Counted from the stretch's first letter, positions 1 to 10,039 are shown. The stretch is DNA of 64,000 nt from Bradyrhizobium sp. (GCA_013822885.1 PNLC01000001.1:2528-66527); one strand, 5' to 3'. Numbers and translations: made by a program. The notes: a model not told the origin generated them from the letters alone.

Positions 1-34
1 GCAGCACGCAAACGCCTGATGTTTTGGGTTGAGG

Positions 35-202
35 TCATGGATGGCACTCGGGAAGCGCGTGCACGAAATCCGGATAATCCTGGGAAATGTTGCAGCGTTG
101 AGTGAACGAGCGATAGAAGGGATCGTTCCGTAGCAACGCGTTTGGTTCGGGAACCGTGTCGACGCGAACGTCACCTTTACCGTGCCAACACAGTGCGCGC
201 AT
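35..202 (-). pseudogene. 5' fragment of a Zn-dependent (glutathione-dependent formaldehyde-type) dehydrogenase fused to unrelated sequence
   Basis: GGAG RBS then ATG at 202 encoding MRALCWHGKGDVRVDTVPEP, a typical N-terminus of this MDR family; similarity is lost after ~20 codons and the ORF stops at 35 (55 aa). Confidence 0.7.
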
Positions 203-467
203 GGTCGATCTCCACAAATCGGCCTCCCCCCACGGCAAACCCGCCGGAAGCGGCTTCGTCCGCCCAGGAGCGAGCCGCCGATCCCCGCCAGCTACTCCCC
301 GAACATGACAGCGCCCGCGAAAATGAGACGCTTGGATATGGGCGGTTTCAGCTTTGGGCTGCAGCTTTCGCGGAAGGCGCGGCCGGAGGGGCGCGCCAGG
401 ATGCGCGCATGGGGAAGGTCCGGCGTGAGACCGGATTCTCCCTTTCGCGTCAGAGGGAGGAACAACA

Positions 468-1733
468 ATGCGCAAGTCACTGCTCGGCGCGGCCGCGGCG
501 GCCGCCCTTTTGCTGCCCGGCTCGGCTCTCGCCCAAAGCGGCACCATCAAGATCGGCATTCTGGTCGCGCTGGAAGGCGCGTTCGCAACCGGTGGCCAGG
601 ACGGCGTCCGCAATGTCGAACTGGCTCTCAAGCAGGTCAACAACACCATTGCCGGCAAGAAGATCGAAACCGTCGTTGCTCCGACGGACACCAAGCCTGA
701 CACGACGGTTCGCATGGCTCGCAAGCTGGTGGAGCAGGACAACGTCGACTTCATCATCGGCCCGCTTTCCGGCTCGGAAGGCATCGCCATGCGCGATTTT
801 GCCAAGACCATCCCCGGCAAGGTGGTGATCAACGGCATTTCCGGCGCGCTCGAGACGACGTGGGTCGATCCCGCGCCGAACTTCTACCGCTTCAACCTCG
901 ACGGCTCGCAATGGGGCTTCGGCCTCGGCAACTACGTCGTGAAGACCAAGGGCTGGAAGCGTGTGGCGACGATCGCAGCCGATTACTCGTTCGGCTACAC
1001 CAACTTCATGGGCTTCGCGGTGGACTTCTGCAAATCGGGCGGCGACATCGTCCAGCGCTTCTGGCAGCCGCTCGGCCAGTCCGACTTCGGCGGGATCATC
1101 GCGCAGATGCCGGACAATGTGGATGCGATCTATCTGGGCCTCGGCGGCACCGATGCGATCAACTTCCTGAACCAGTATCAGCAGGCGGGTGAAAAGACCC
1201 GCCTGATTGGCGGCACGATCATGGCCGACCAGACGGTGCTGACGGCGAAGGGCAAGGCGAAAGATGCGCTGAAGGGCACGCCGACTTCGGGCCCCTTCGC
1301 CGCCGACAACACCGACCCGGCCTGGACCTCTTATGTGAAGCTCTATCAGGACAGCTTCCCCGCCGACAAGCGCCTGCCCTCGCCGTCGCTCTTTGGCCTG
1401 GGCTACTACGTCGCCACGCTTGCGGCCATCAAGGGGCTCGAAGCAGCCGGGGGCGATCTCTCGAACGGGCAGGCGAAGTTCAAGGAAGCGCTGAACAAGC
1501 TCCAGCTCGACAGCCCGATCGGCAAGATCACGCTGAACGAGAACCGGCAGGCGACCGGAACCGTGTTCGTCAACGAAGTGGTCGACGGACCGGACGGCAA
1601 CATGACCAGCAAGATGGTCGCCAAGACCGAGAACGTGAACCAGACGCTCGGCATGACGGCGGATCAGTTCCGGGCCATCGGGTTGCCGTCGCGCACCGTG
1701 GTTGACTGTCCCAAGCTGCGCGCGGGCGGCTGA
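468..1733 (+). CDS. Branched-chain amino acid (Liv/HAAT)-type ABC transporter substrate-binding protein
   Basis: GGAGG RBS, signal peptide (…SALAQ), IKIGIL/IIGPLSGS/ADYSFG pattern of periplasmic binding protein type 1. Confidence 0.93.
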   Translation: MRKSLLGAAAAAALLLPGSALAQSGTIKIGILVALEGAFATGGQDGVRNVELALKQVNNTIAGKKIETVVAPTDTKPDTTVRMARKLVEQDNVDFIIGPLSGSEGIAMRDFAKTIPGKVVINGISGALETTWVDPAPNFYRFNLDGSQWGFGLGNYVVKTKGWKRVATIAADYSFGYTNFMGFAVDFCKSGGDIVQRFWQPLGQSDFGGIIAQMPDNVDAIYLGLGGTDAINFLNQYQQAGEKTRLIGGTIMADQTVLTAKGKAKDALKGTPTSGPFAADNTDPAWTSYVKLYQDSFPADKRLPSPSLFGLGYYVATLAAIKGLEAAGGDLSNGQAKFKEALNKLQLDSPIGKITLNENRQATGTVFVNEVVDGPDGNMTSKMVAKTENVNQTLGMTADQFRAIGLPSRTVVDCPKLRAGG

Positions 1734-1759
1734 GCGGCCGTCACCCTGCGTCATCCAGG

Positions 1760-1794
1760 GCGGCCGGCGTTCTGAGCCGGCCGCTGTCTCTTTC
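1760..1794 (+). terminator. Stem-loop after the SBP gene (terminator or mRNA-stabilising hairpin)
   Basis: GCGGCCGGC-gttctga-GCCGGCCGC, perfect 9-bp stem followed by tgtctctttc. Confidence 0.55.
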
Positions 1795-1847
1795 AGGAAA
1801 TCCGCCACCCGCGGATTCCATGTTGCCGTGCGCCAAGAGCATCTCCG

Positions 1848-2903
1848 ATGACCTTGATCGGCTACCTTACACGCACCCATTTCGCAGAAGCTGCGATCGA
1901 GGACGCGCTTCCGGAGGAAGTGGGGCCACTCGCTCGGGCGCTGGCGCTCGTCGACGACGAGCCTGCAAGCATGGCCGTTTGCACGCGCGTGCAGGAGGCA
2001 CTCGGCCAAACCACGATCAGCCTGGCACGGGTTGGTCGGGCCACGCCTCCCGGAAACGCAACATCAAGGATCCTGGACGCCTTGAGCGACATCCGCACAA
2101 ACACGCTCATCGCCGTGGGCGGAGCTGCAGCCGTGGGACAGGCGCGGCTTGCCGCCGAGCACGCCTTGCGGCGCGGCGACCGCCTTGTGCTGATCGCCGT
2201 TCCGGCCAGCCTTTGCGATTTCGGGTTGGCGCGGCGGGTGCGCGTCGGACAAGGCCAGACGGTAACCTGTCCCCGCCCCGACCGGATCATCGCCGATCCG
2301 ACAGTGCTTGAGGGAGCGTCCTCCCATCACCTCGCCGCTGCTGCCATGGAGGTGCTGGTCCACGCCATCGAGGCCTATGCCAGTCCCGTCTATCACCCGC
2401 CGGCAGACGCCCTCGCACTGGAGGGTACAAAGGGGCTGACACGCTGGCTGCCGGTGGCGCTCGCTTCGCCCACCGATCGCGAAGCGCAGCGCGAATTGAT
2501 GGCCGCGGCATTGACCGCCGGGCTCGCGCTGGAAAAAGCGGTCGGCGGCGTCGATGCGCTTGCAGATCCGATCAAGGCTGAACTCGGTCCCGACGTCCTG
2601 CATGGCGATCTCCATGCGCCGTTGATGGCGGCGATGGCCGACTTCAACGCCGAAGCCGTGGGTGACCGCTACGCCGCCATGGCCGAAACATTCGCCAGGA
2701 AAACGCAGGCGCCGCGCTTCAGCGCCGAAATCGGCGCTTTTGCCCGCGCCATCGGCATGCCGACGTCCTTGCGCGAGATCGGCATCGATCCGTCCCGGTT
2801 CGACCGCTTTGCCGAGATGGCAGCGAACGACCCGGGAGCCCTGGTCAATCCCCGGCGGCTGACCCCAGGCGACTGCCGTCGCATCCTCGAGGCCGCCTGG
2901 TGA
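1848..2903 (+). CDS. Iron-containing alcohol dehydrogenase-fold protein, degenerate active site
   Basis: IIADP, HAIEAY.SP.YHPPAD, LHG, IGMPTSLREIG and NPR motifs of Fe-ADH; NAD and metal motifs altered. Confidence 0.8.
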   Translation: MTLIGYLTRTHFAEAAIEDALPEEVGPLARALALVDDEPASMAVCTRVQEALGQTTISLARVGRATPPGNATSRILDALSDIRTNTLIAVGGAAAVGQARLAAEHALRRGDRLVLIAVPASLCDFGLARRVRVGQGQTVTCPRPDRIIADPTVLEGASSHHLAAAAMEVLVHAIEAYASPVYHPPADALALEGTKGLTRWLPVALASPTDREAQRELMAAALTAGLALEKAVGGVDALADPIKAELGPDVLHGDLHAPLMAAMADFNAEAVGDRYAAMAETFARKTQAPRFSAEIGAFARAIGMPTSLREIGIDPSRFDRFAEMAANDPGALVNPRRLTPGDCRRILEAAW

Positions 2904-3036
2904 GTACGAAACAGGAAACATCCGGCGCGGGGCACACGGCCGGGGCCGGCGCCGAGGCGATTTGCCTGTTGCCACAGCACGATCTCCCTATAAATTCGAC
3001 GACAACCGCGCACAAAGATGGGCGGGGAGGAAACCG

Positions 3037-3873
3037 ATGAGTATTGCGCACGCGGTCGCACATGGTGCGTTCGGCCGCGCTTGTCTGTACGAGCTGGATC
3101 GCCCCATGGCGCCGCATGCCCATCGCGAGGGGCATCTGATCTTTCATGTCAGCGGCCCGGGCGCCAGTGTGGTCATTGACGGCAAGACCCTGCCGCTCAC
3201 GCCCGCGAACGCGACGGCCATCAGTCCATGGCAACCGCATTACTTTGCACCTGTCGACCGTCGCGGACCAACGCTGACGCTTGTCCTCTACATTCGCCCG
3301 GGGTGGTTCGCAGATGCGAGCCATACGGCCTTTGAAATCCTGCGCTTCGGCAGGCCCGCCGTCGAAATGAGCGATCACATCACCCGGCTTGCGTCGGAAA
3401 CCGCGCGTCTGCTTGCCGCCCATGGCGGCAGCGACGGCTCTTTCGAAGACCGGCTCAGTGCCCTAACCCAGGCGGCTTTCGACCAGACCTGGCAATGGAC
3501 GAGCGCGAGCGACAGGCCGGCTGCCCCGTGCTCGGTATTGCGTGATTTCCGCCTGCGGCGGGCGATAAACCTGCTGAGCGAGAGGCTCGGCGAACCTGTC
3601 GACCTTGCCGAGATTTCGCGAAGCTCCGGCCTTTCGCGCCCGCATTTCTTCAAGCTGTTTCGCGAGCAGATGGGGCTGCCTCCCACGATTTTCCGGAACG
3701 CGCTGCGCATGGAGTGCGCGATCGAGCGACTGGCCAAGGGCGCGGAGACGGTTTCCGAGATCGGCCTCGACCTTGGCTTTGCGACCCCGGCAAGCTTCTC
3801 GCGGTTCTTCATAGCCAATGGCGTCGTACCGCCGAGCGCCTACCGGCGCAGCGTCGCAAGCCTCACGCACTGA
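3037..3873 (+). CDS. AraC family transcriptional regulator
   Basis: GGAGG RBS; N-terminal cupin (HAHREGH); C-terminal double HTH (SGLSRPHFFKLFREQMG…IGLDLGFATPASFSRFF). Confidence 0.93.
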   Translation: MSIAHAVAHGAFGRACLYELDRPMAPHAHREGHLIFHVSGPGASVVIDGKTLPLTPANATAISPWQPHYFAPVDRRGPTLTLVLYIRPGWFADASHTAFEILRFGRPAVEMSDHITRLASETARLLAAHGGSDGSFEDRLSALTQAAFDQTWQWTSASDRPAAPCSVLRDFRLRRAINLLSERLGEPVDLAEISRSSGLSRPHFFKLFREQMGLPPTIFRNALRMECAIERLAKGAETVSEIGLDLGFATPASFSRFFIANGVVPPSAYRRSVASLTH

Positions 3874-3892
3874 AGGAGGTGCCGCCGCACTG

Positions 3893-3944
3893 AAAGATGA
3901 GACGTTGGGGCTAAAGAAGAGACGTTGAGGGAAAGACAGACCGG
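3893..3944 (+). promoter_or_regulatory. Tandem direct repeats, putative AraC operator upstream of the permease operon
   Basis: AAAGAtGAGACGTTG (3893) and AAAGAaGAGACGTTG (3913) 20 bp apart, weaker third copy at 3932; similar AAATGAGACGCTTG at 321 upstream of the SBP gene. Confidence 0.5.
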
Positions 3945-4013
3945 AAACCCCAATCTAGCCTTCGCTCCAAAGGTGGCAAAGTCCGCCACGGGAAGCTGCC
4001 GGGCCGTTCTGAG

Positions 4014-5030
4014 ATGGACAACTTCATCAAGCAGTATCCATACTGGAGCCTGACGATCATCGTCCTGGTCGCGGCGTTCCTGTGGCTTGTGCTGGCACCG
4101 TGGCCGCCTGAACTGGCGGCGAGTTGGGGCCGCAAGCAGATTTTCCTCAATGCACTGCTGGGCGGCATCACGCTTGGCGCGCTCTATTTCCTGGTGGCGG
4201 CGGGCTTCACCCTGATCTTCGGCCTGATGCGCATCGTCAATCTCGCGCATGGCTCGTTGTTCCTGATCGGCGGATATCTCGGCTACGAGATCGCGACCGC
4301 CTCGGGTTCGTGGCTGCTGGCCTTTCCGGTTGTCTTCATCGTCGTAGGGCTGATCGGGCTTCTGATGCAGCGCTTCATCTTCTCCAAGATGGAAGGTGAA
4401 GAACTGCGCCAGACGCTGGTCAGCATCGGCCTTTCGATCGTGTTTGCCGACCTCATGCTGTGGTGGTGGGGCGGGCAATCCTATTCGATCCTGGCGCCGC
4501 AATTCCTGCAGGGACCGATGGAATTGCCGCTGGTGAGCAACTTCAACGCCGCGACCGGCGCAGTCACCTGGCTGCGCTACCCGTCCGTGCGGATATGGAT
4601 CCTGATAGCGGCCATCGTGATTGGCATCGCGATGTGGCTCGTTCTGAACCGCACCGCGCTGGGCACGCTGATCCGCGCGGGCGTCGACGACCGCGAGATG
4701 CTGGCGGCGTCCGGCGTGCGCATCCAGCTGGTTTTCCTGACGGTGTTCGGTTTCGGCGCCGGGCTTGCCGGTATCGCCGGGATCATCGGTGCCACGTTCC
4801 AGTCGCTGTCGCCGGGCGAGGATACGCGTTTCCTGCTGGCCAGCCTCGTGGTGGTGATCGTAGGCGGCATGGGGTCGATCGTCGGTGCGGCGCTGGGGGC
4901 GCTGATCATCGGGGTGGCCGAGCAGATGGGCTTTGTCTATGCGCCGACCTATTCGGTGGTCTTCACCTTCCTCATCATGGCGGCGGTGCTGGCGTTCCGG
5001 CCGCAGGGCCTTCTGGGTATGAGGCGATAG
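4014..5030 (+). CDS. livH: Liv-type ABC transporter permease (LivH-like)
   Basis: GFTLIFGLMRIVNLAHG motif, multiple TM helices, VIVGGMGS. Confidence 0.9.
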   Translation: MDNFIKQYPYWSLTIIVLVAAFLWLVLAPWPPELAASWGRKQIFLNALLGGITLGALYFLVAAGFTLIFGLMRIVNLAHGSLFLIGGYLGYEIATASGSWLLAFPVVFIVVGLIGLLMQRFIFSKMEGEELRQTLVSIGLSIVFADLMLWWWGGQSYSILAPQFLQGPMELPLVSNFNAATGAVTWLRYPSVRIWILIAAIVIGIAMWLVLNRTALGTLIRAGVDDREMLAASGVRIQLVFLTVFGFGAGLAGIAGIIGATFQSLSPGEDTRFLLASLVVVIVGGMGSIVGAALGALIIGVAEQMGFVYAPTYSVVFTFLIMAAVLAFRPQGLLGMRR

Positions 5031-5032
5031 CC

Positions 5033-6094
5033 ATGTCGGTCGCAGATCACATCCCTCGCCTCGCCGACCGCGCCGAGCAGCGAATGTGGTTCGAGCGCAT
5101 TCCCACGCGGTGGTGGGTCGTCGGGCTGATCCTGCTGTTCCTGCCGGTCGTGGCCAACAATTTCTGGCTGTTCCAGGTGATGGGCTGGACTTTCATTCTG
5201 GGCATGATCGGGCTCAGCCTGATGTTCCTCGCCGGGTACGGCGGAATGGTGAGCCTGCTGCAGATGTCGATTGCGGGAATGGCCGGCTACATGGTGGCGA
5301 TCCTCGGGCCATCGGGCGTGCTCAATGTCAGCCTCGGCCTTTCCTGGTGGATCGTGCTTCCTGCCGCCTTCCTGATCGCGGCGCTTTTCGCAACGATAGC
5401 GGGCGCACTCGCCGTCCGCACGGAAGGCATCTACACGATCATGATCACGCTCGCGATCGCAGCGGCCTTCTTCTATTTCACGCGACAGAACTACTCGGTC
5501 TTCAACGGCTATTCCGGATTCAATCTCGTGTTGCCGCCGCAGCTTTTCGGCGTGAACTGGCGCGACCCCGTGGCCTTCTACTATCTCACCCTCGCCAGCG
5601 CCACGCTCTGCTATTTTGCGGTGGTCTATATCGAGCGCTCGCCCTTCGGACTTGCGCTTCAGGGCGTGCGTGACAACCCGCGTCGCATGGCTGCACTGGG
5701 CTTCCACGTGACCGCCCATCGCGTGGCGGCCTATGCGCTTGCGAGCATCTTTGCCTCCGCGGGCGGCATTCTTCTGGTGTGGCAGAATGCGCAAATCGCG
5801 CCCGGCACGATCGGTATTTCCTCCGCAATCGACATCCTCGTGGTCGCGGTGGTCGGCGGGATGCGCCGCCCGCTCGGCCCCTTCATCGGCGCCTTTATCT
5901 ACGTGCTGCTGCAGGTGTTCTCGGCCGATATCTTAGGCTTCTTCGGATTCTCGGTGGACCGCTTCAAGCTCATCATCGGGATCGGCTTCCTGGCGATCGT
6001 GCTGTTCTCGCCGGATGGTGTGCTCGGCCTGTGGGATCGCTGGCGCGCGCAGCTTGCGGCGCGCAACGCCGCCACAACGGGAGACGGGGCATGA
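5033..6094 (+). CDS. livM: Liv-type ABC transporter permease (LivM-like)
   Basis: GYGGMVSL, MITLA, SPFGLALQGVRDN, VVGG motifs; ATG 2 nt after the livH stop. Confidence 0.9.
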   Translation: MSVADHIPRLADRAEQRMWFERIPTRWWVVGLILLFLPVVANNFWLFQVMGWTFILGMIGLSLMFLAGYGGMVSLLQMSIAGMAGYMVAILGPSGVLNVSLGLSWWIVLPAAFLIAALFATIAGALAVRTEGIYTIMITLAIAAAFFYFTRQNYSVFNGYSGFNLVLPPQLFGVNWRDPVAFYYLTLASATLCYFAVVYIERSPFGLALQGVRDNPRRMAALGFHVTAHRVAAYALASIFASAGGILLVWQNAQIAPGTIGISSAIDILVVAVVGGMRRPLGPFIGAFIYVLLQVFSADILGFFGFSVDRFKLIIGIGFLAIVLFSPDGVLGLWDRWRAQLAARNAATTGDGA

Positions 6095-6894
6095 ACGCGC
6101 CCGTCGCGCCTTCCCGCATGAACCTGCCTGGATCGAGCCATGCCGCCTCAGGCAATGCGCTCGAGCTGCGCGGCATCAGCAAGACGTTCGGGGCATTGGC
6201 CGCGATCTCGGACGTCACGCTGTCGGTGAAGCCGGGCGAACGGCGAGCCGTGCTCGGCTCGAACGGCGCAGGCAAGACCACGCTGTTCAATTGCATCACC
6301 GGTGATTTTCTCCCGACCGCGGGTTTGATCCGCTTCTTCGGCGAGGATGTTACGGTCTTTCCACCTTACGAACGCATTCGCCGGGGCCTGCGCCGCACCT
6401 ACCAGATATCCTCGCTCTTCAGCGGATTGAGCGTGCTGGACAATGTCTATCTCGCCTGCCGCGGCGTTTCGCGAAACCGGTTCTCGCTGATACGACCGCG
6501 CGCCGACGATGCCTTGGTCAATGCCGCGGAAATGCTGGTGGAAGCCGTGCATCTGACCGGCGAGAAGGACCGCCTGGTCGGTGAACTGGCCTATGGCCAG
6601 CAGCGGCAACTCGAAATTGCGCTCGCGCTCTCGGGCGCGCCCCGATTCGTCCTGTTCGACGAACCGGCGGCGGGTCTGTCGCCCACGGAACGACGCGACC
6701 TGATCCACATCCTTACTTCGCTGCCGAGCCATATCGGCTACATCATCATCGAACACGACATGGATGTCGCACTGCGCGTCGTCGAAAGCGTTACGATGAT
6801 GCACAACGGCCGCATCTTCAAGGAAGGCCGGCCCGAGGAAATCGAGGACGACCCGGAAGTGCAGGAACTCTACCTCGGAGGCGGACATGGCTGA
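6091..6894 (+). CDS. livG: Liv-type ABC transporter ATP-binding protein (LivG-like)
   Basis: Walker A GSNGAGKTT, LAYGQQRQLE, FDEPAAGL, IIEHD; ATGA overlap with livM stop. Confidence 0.92.
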   Translation: MNAPVAPSRMNLPGSSHAASGNALELRGISKTFGALAAISDVTLSVKPGERRAVLGSNGAGKTTLFNCITGDFLPTAGLIRFFGEDVTVFPPYERIRRGLRRTYQISSLFSGLSVLDNVYLACRGVSRNRFSLIRPRADDALVNAAEMLVEAVHLTGEKDRLVGELAYGQQRQLEIALALSGAPRFVLFDEPAAGLSPTERRDLIHILTSLPSHIGYIIIEHDMDVALRVVESVTMMHNGRIFKEGRPEEIEDDPEVQELYLGGGHG

Positions 6895-9118
6895 ACGTCC
6901 GCTCCGCCCGATGGGTTCTTCCGCGCCGGTGCTCCAGTTGCAAGGCGTGAACGTCTTCTACGGCAGAAGCCACGCCCTTCAGGGCGTGGATCTTTCGCTT
7001 TATTCCGGCGTGCTCTCCGTCGTCGGGCGGAACGGCATGGGCAAGACCACGATGTGCAAGGCGATCATGGGCCTTGTCCGCCCCACTTCCGGATCGATCC
7101 GCTTCATGGGGGAGGAACTGGTCGGGCGCTCGCCGGCAGAGATCGCGCGGATGGGGATCGGCTATGTGCCGCAGGGGCGCCGCCTGTGGCGATCGCTGAC
7201 GGTGGACGAGCATCTGCGCCTGGTGTCGACGGGCAAAGGCAACTGGACGCCGGAACGCATCTACGAGGTGTTCCCGCGCCTTGCCGAGCGAAGGCGCAAT
7301 GGCGGCGGTCAGCTTTCCGGCGGCGAGCAGCAGATGCTGGCGATCAGCCGCGCGCTCCTGATGAATCCACGCCTGCTCATCATGGACGAACCGACCGAAG
7401 GCCTTGCGCCTGTCATCGTCGCGCATGTCGAGGAAACGCTGGTCGCTCTCGCCGCGGAGGGCGATGTCTCGATCCTCGTGATCGAGCAGAATATCGGCGT
7501 TGCCACCCAGATGTCCGACCCGGTGGCCATCATGGTCAACGGGCGGATCCACCGCATCATCGCCTCGCAGACGCTCGCCGCCGATCGCGATTTGCAACAG
7601 CGCCTGCTGGGCGTTGGCCGGCACAGTACGGATGACACCGAAGCGAGCGATACGCCGGGAGCCGACGCCCCGCTCAAGCGCGCGGAGATCGTGCCGCTGG
7701 GACCGACGCGGATCTACAATGCCAACCCCGTGCTGCCGACGCGCTGGTCGCAGGACGTTCCCGCGGCGCGGATCGAGGCTGCGGCGCGCACCGTTTCGCG
7801 CCCCACCCTTGCAGCGATCGATGGCCGGCGCGTGGGCGATATTTCTCCGCTTGCCGCCCGCGCGCCGCAGGAGCCGCATGTCATCATCGCCGGCACGCTC
7901 GATACCAAGGGCGAGGAACTGCGCTACATCCGCGACATCATCAAGGCTGCGGGCCTTCGCACGCGGCTCGTGGATCTTTCCACCGCCGGCCGCAACCAGG
8001 GCGCCGACGTTTCGGCGCAAGAAGTCGCGCTCGCATCGCCATTGGGGTCCGCCGGCATAGCGTCCGGCGATCGCGGTACAGCGGTGGCCGCGATGACGGA
8101 GGCGTTCCGCGCCTGGACCGCCAAACAGCAGAATGTTGCCGGCATCATTTCCGCCGGCGGATCCGGCGGCACGGCAATCGCGACCGCCGGGATGCAGACG
8201 CTGGCTGTCGGCGTGCCGAAGATCATGATCTCGACCATGGCGGCGGGCAATGTCGCCGCCTACGTCGGACCGACCGACGTGACGATGATGCACTCCGTTA
8301 CTGACATCCAGGGACTTAATCGCCTCTCGCGCGCCGTGCTCGGCAATGCTGCTCATGCCATGGGCGCGATGGCGCGCAGCTGGATCGAACAGAACGCGCC
8401 AAACCCAACCCGGCGCGCCGCCGCCGAGCGCCCGCTCGTCGGCATGACCATGTTCGGCGTCACGACGGCTTGCGTGCAGCAGGTCACGAAGTTGATCGAA
8501 AAGGACTGGGAGCCGCTGGTTTTCCACGCCACCGGCATCGGCGGGAGATCGATGGAGAAGCTGATCGATTCCGGCCTGATGCAGGGTGTGATCGACGTGT
8601 CCACGACCGAGATCTGCGACATGATGATGGGTGGCATTCTTCCGGCCACCGAAGATCGCCTCGGGTCGATCATCCGTACACGGATTCCCTATGTCGGCTC
8701 GGTGGGTGCGCTCGACATGGTGAACTTCGGTGCGCCGGACACGGTGCCGGCGCACTACCGCAGCCGCACCCTCTATCCGCACAATCCGCAGGTCACGCTG
8801 ATGCGCACCACCGTGGAAGAGAACCGGCGGATGGGACGCTGGATCGGCGAAAAGCTCAATCTGATGGAAGGGCAAGTGCGCTTCCTGCTGCCGGAAGGCG
8901 GCGTTTCCGCGCTGGATGCGCCGGGACATCCGTTCTGGGATCCGCAAGCCGATGCCGCCCTGTTCGGCGCCATTATCGAAACGGTGCGAGCAACGGCCAA
9001 CCGGCAGATCATCCGGCTTCCGCACCACATCAACGATCCAGCGTTTGCCTCCGCGCTGGCACAGCATTTCCGCGCCTTGCACCAAAGCCGCACCCGCGGC
9101 GCATCCGGCAGGAGCTGA
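6887..9118 (+). CDS. LivF-like ABC ATPase fused to a C-terminal Tm-1-like (UPF0261) ATP-binding domain
   Basis: N-term GRNGMGKTT, LSGGEQQM, MDEPTEGL; from ~7870 GTLDTKGEE, GGSGGT, TMFGVTT, FHATGIGG, HNPQVTLMRTT, HINDPAFA of UPF0261. Confidence 0.88.
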   Translation: MAERPLRPMGSSAPVLQLQGVNVFYGRSHALQGVDLSLYSGVLSVVGRNGMGKTTMCKAIMGLVRPTSGSIRFMGEELVGRSPAEIARMGIGYVPQGRRLWRSLTVDEHLRLVSTGKGNWTPERIYEVFPRLAERRRNGGGQLSGGEQQMLAISRALLMNPRLLIMDEPTEGLAPVIVAHVEETLVALAAEGDVSILVIEQNIGVATQMSDPVAIMVNGRIHRIIASQTLAADRDLQQRLLGVGRHSTDDTEASDTPGADAPLKRAEIVPLGPTRIYNANPVLPTRWSQDVPAARIEAAARTVSRPTLAAIDGRRVGDISPLAARAPQEPHVIIAGTLDTKGEELRYIRDIIKAAGLRTRLVDLSTAGRNQGADVSAQEVALASPLGSAGIASGDRGTAVAAMTEAFRAWTAKQQNVAGIISAGGSGGTAIATAGMQTLAVGVPKIMISTMAAGNVAAYVGPTDVTMMHSVTDIQGLNRLSRAVLGNAAHAMGAMARSWIEQNAPNPTRRAAAERPLVGMTMFGVTTACVQQVTKLIEKDWEPLVFHATGIGGRSMEKLIDSGLMQGVIDVSTTEICDMMMGGILPATEDRLGSIIRTRIPYVGSVGALDMVNFGAPDTVPAHYRSRTLYPHNPQVTLMRTTVEENRRMGRWIGEKLNLMEGQVRFLLPEGGVSALDAPGHPFWDPQADAALFGAIIETVRATANRQIIRLPHHINDPAFASALAQHFRALHQSRTRGASGRS

Positions 9119-9121
9119 CCC

Positions 9122-10039
9122 ATGCCAGGCTTCTCTCGAACCGATCTGCTCGCGCGCTACCGCGCCATGATCGCCCGGGGCGAGCCGATCGTCGGCGGCG
9201 GCGCCGGCACGGGTCTCTCTGCCAAATGCGAGGAAGCCGGCGGGATCGATCTCATCGTCATCTACAATTCCGGCCGCTTCCGCATGGCCGGTCGCGGCTC
9301 GCTCTCCGGGCTGATGCCCTATGGCGATGCCAATGCGATCGTGATGGACATGGCGCGCGAAGTGCTGCCGGTGGTCAAGCACACGCCTGTCATCGCCGGG
9401 GTCTGCGGCACCGATCCCTTCCGCTCCATGGATGTCTTTCTCGACGACGTGAAGCGGATCGGTTTCTCCGGCGTCCAGAACTTCCCCACCGTCGGGCTGA
9501 TCGACGGCGTGTTCCGCCAGAATCTCGAGGAGACCGGCATGGGTTATGGCCTCGAGGTGGAGATGGTGGCGCTCGCCAGACACAAGGACCTTCTCACCAC
9601 GCCTTATGTATTCTCCGAGGCAGATGCGGCCGCCATGGCCGTGGCCGGAGCGGATATCATCGTCTGCCATCTGGGCCTCACGACCGGCGGCTCGATCGGG
9701 GCGGAAACGACGCTCAAGCTTGCCGATTGTCCCGCGCTCGTCGACGGCTGGGCCGAGGCGGCGCTCTCGGTCAATCCGGAGACCATTGTTCTTGTGCACG
9801 GCGGCCCGGTGGCCGAGCCTCCGGATGCCGACTTCATCATGAAGAACACGCGGCATTGCCACGGTTTCTACGGCGCCTCCTCGATGGAGCGTCTGCCGGT
9901 GGAAACCGCGATCCGCGATCAGACGCGTGCTTTCAAGACGATCGGCCGCACGGGCGGCACAGACGAAAACCCGGCAGGGACAACCCGCCGTTCAAGCGCC
10001 GCCCCCGCAGGGTCGGCGGATGGGAGAAACAAGACATGA
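9122..10039 (+). CDS. Phosphoenolpyruvate-hydrolase-family TIM-barrel protein (homolog of the Tm-1 C-terminal domain)
   Basis: [60 protein letters not shown] signatures. Confidence 0.9.
   Translation: MPGFSRTDLLARYRAMIARGEPIVGGGAGTGLSAKCEEAGGIDLIVIYNSGRFRMAGRGSLSGLMPYGDANAIVMDMAREVLPVVKHTPVIAGVCGTDPFRSMDVFLDDVKRIGFSGVQNFPTVGLIDGVFRQNLEETGMGYGLEVEMVALARHKDLLTTPYVFSEADAAAMAVAGADIIVCHLGLTTGGSIGAETTLKLADCPALVDGWAEAALSVNPETIVLVHGGPVAEPPDADFIMKNTRHCHGFYGASSMERLPVETAIRDQTRAFKTIGRTGGTDENPAGTTRRSSAAPAGSADGRNKT

Noticed and set aside
88-140. Imperfect inverted repeat, possible IS end or ncRNA
   Set aside because: Pairing is weak and no transposase or target duplication is visible in the window
8470-10035. 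1392-aa ORF suggesting a huge N-terminal extension of the flotillin
   Set aside because: The upstream part overlaps two real genes in other frames and is Arg/Pro-rich noise; the true start is ATG 10036 with an RBS and TM helix
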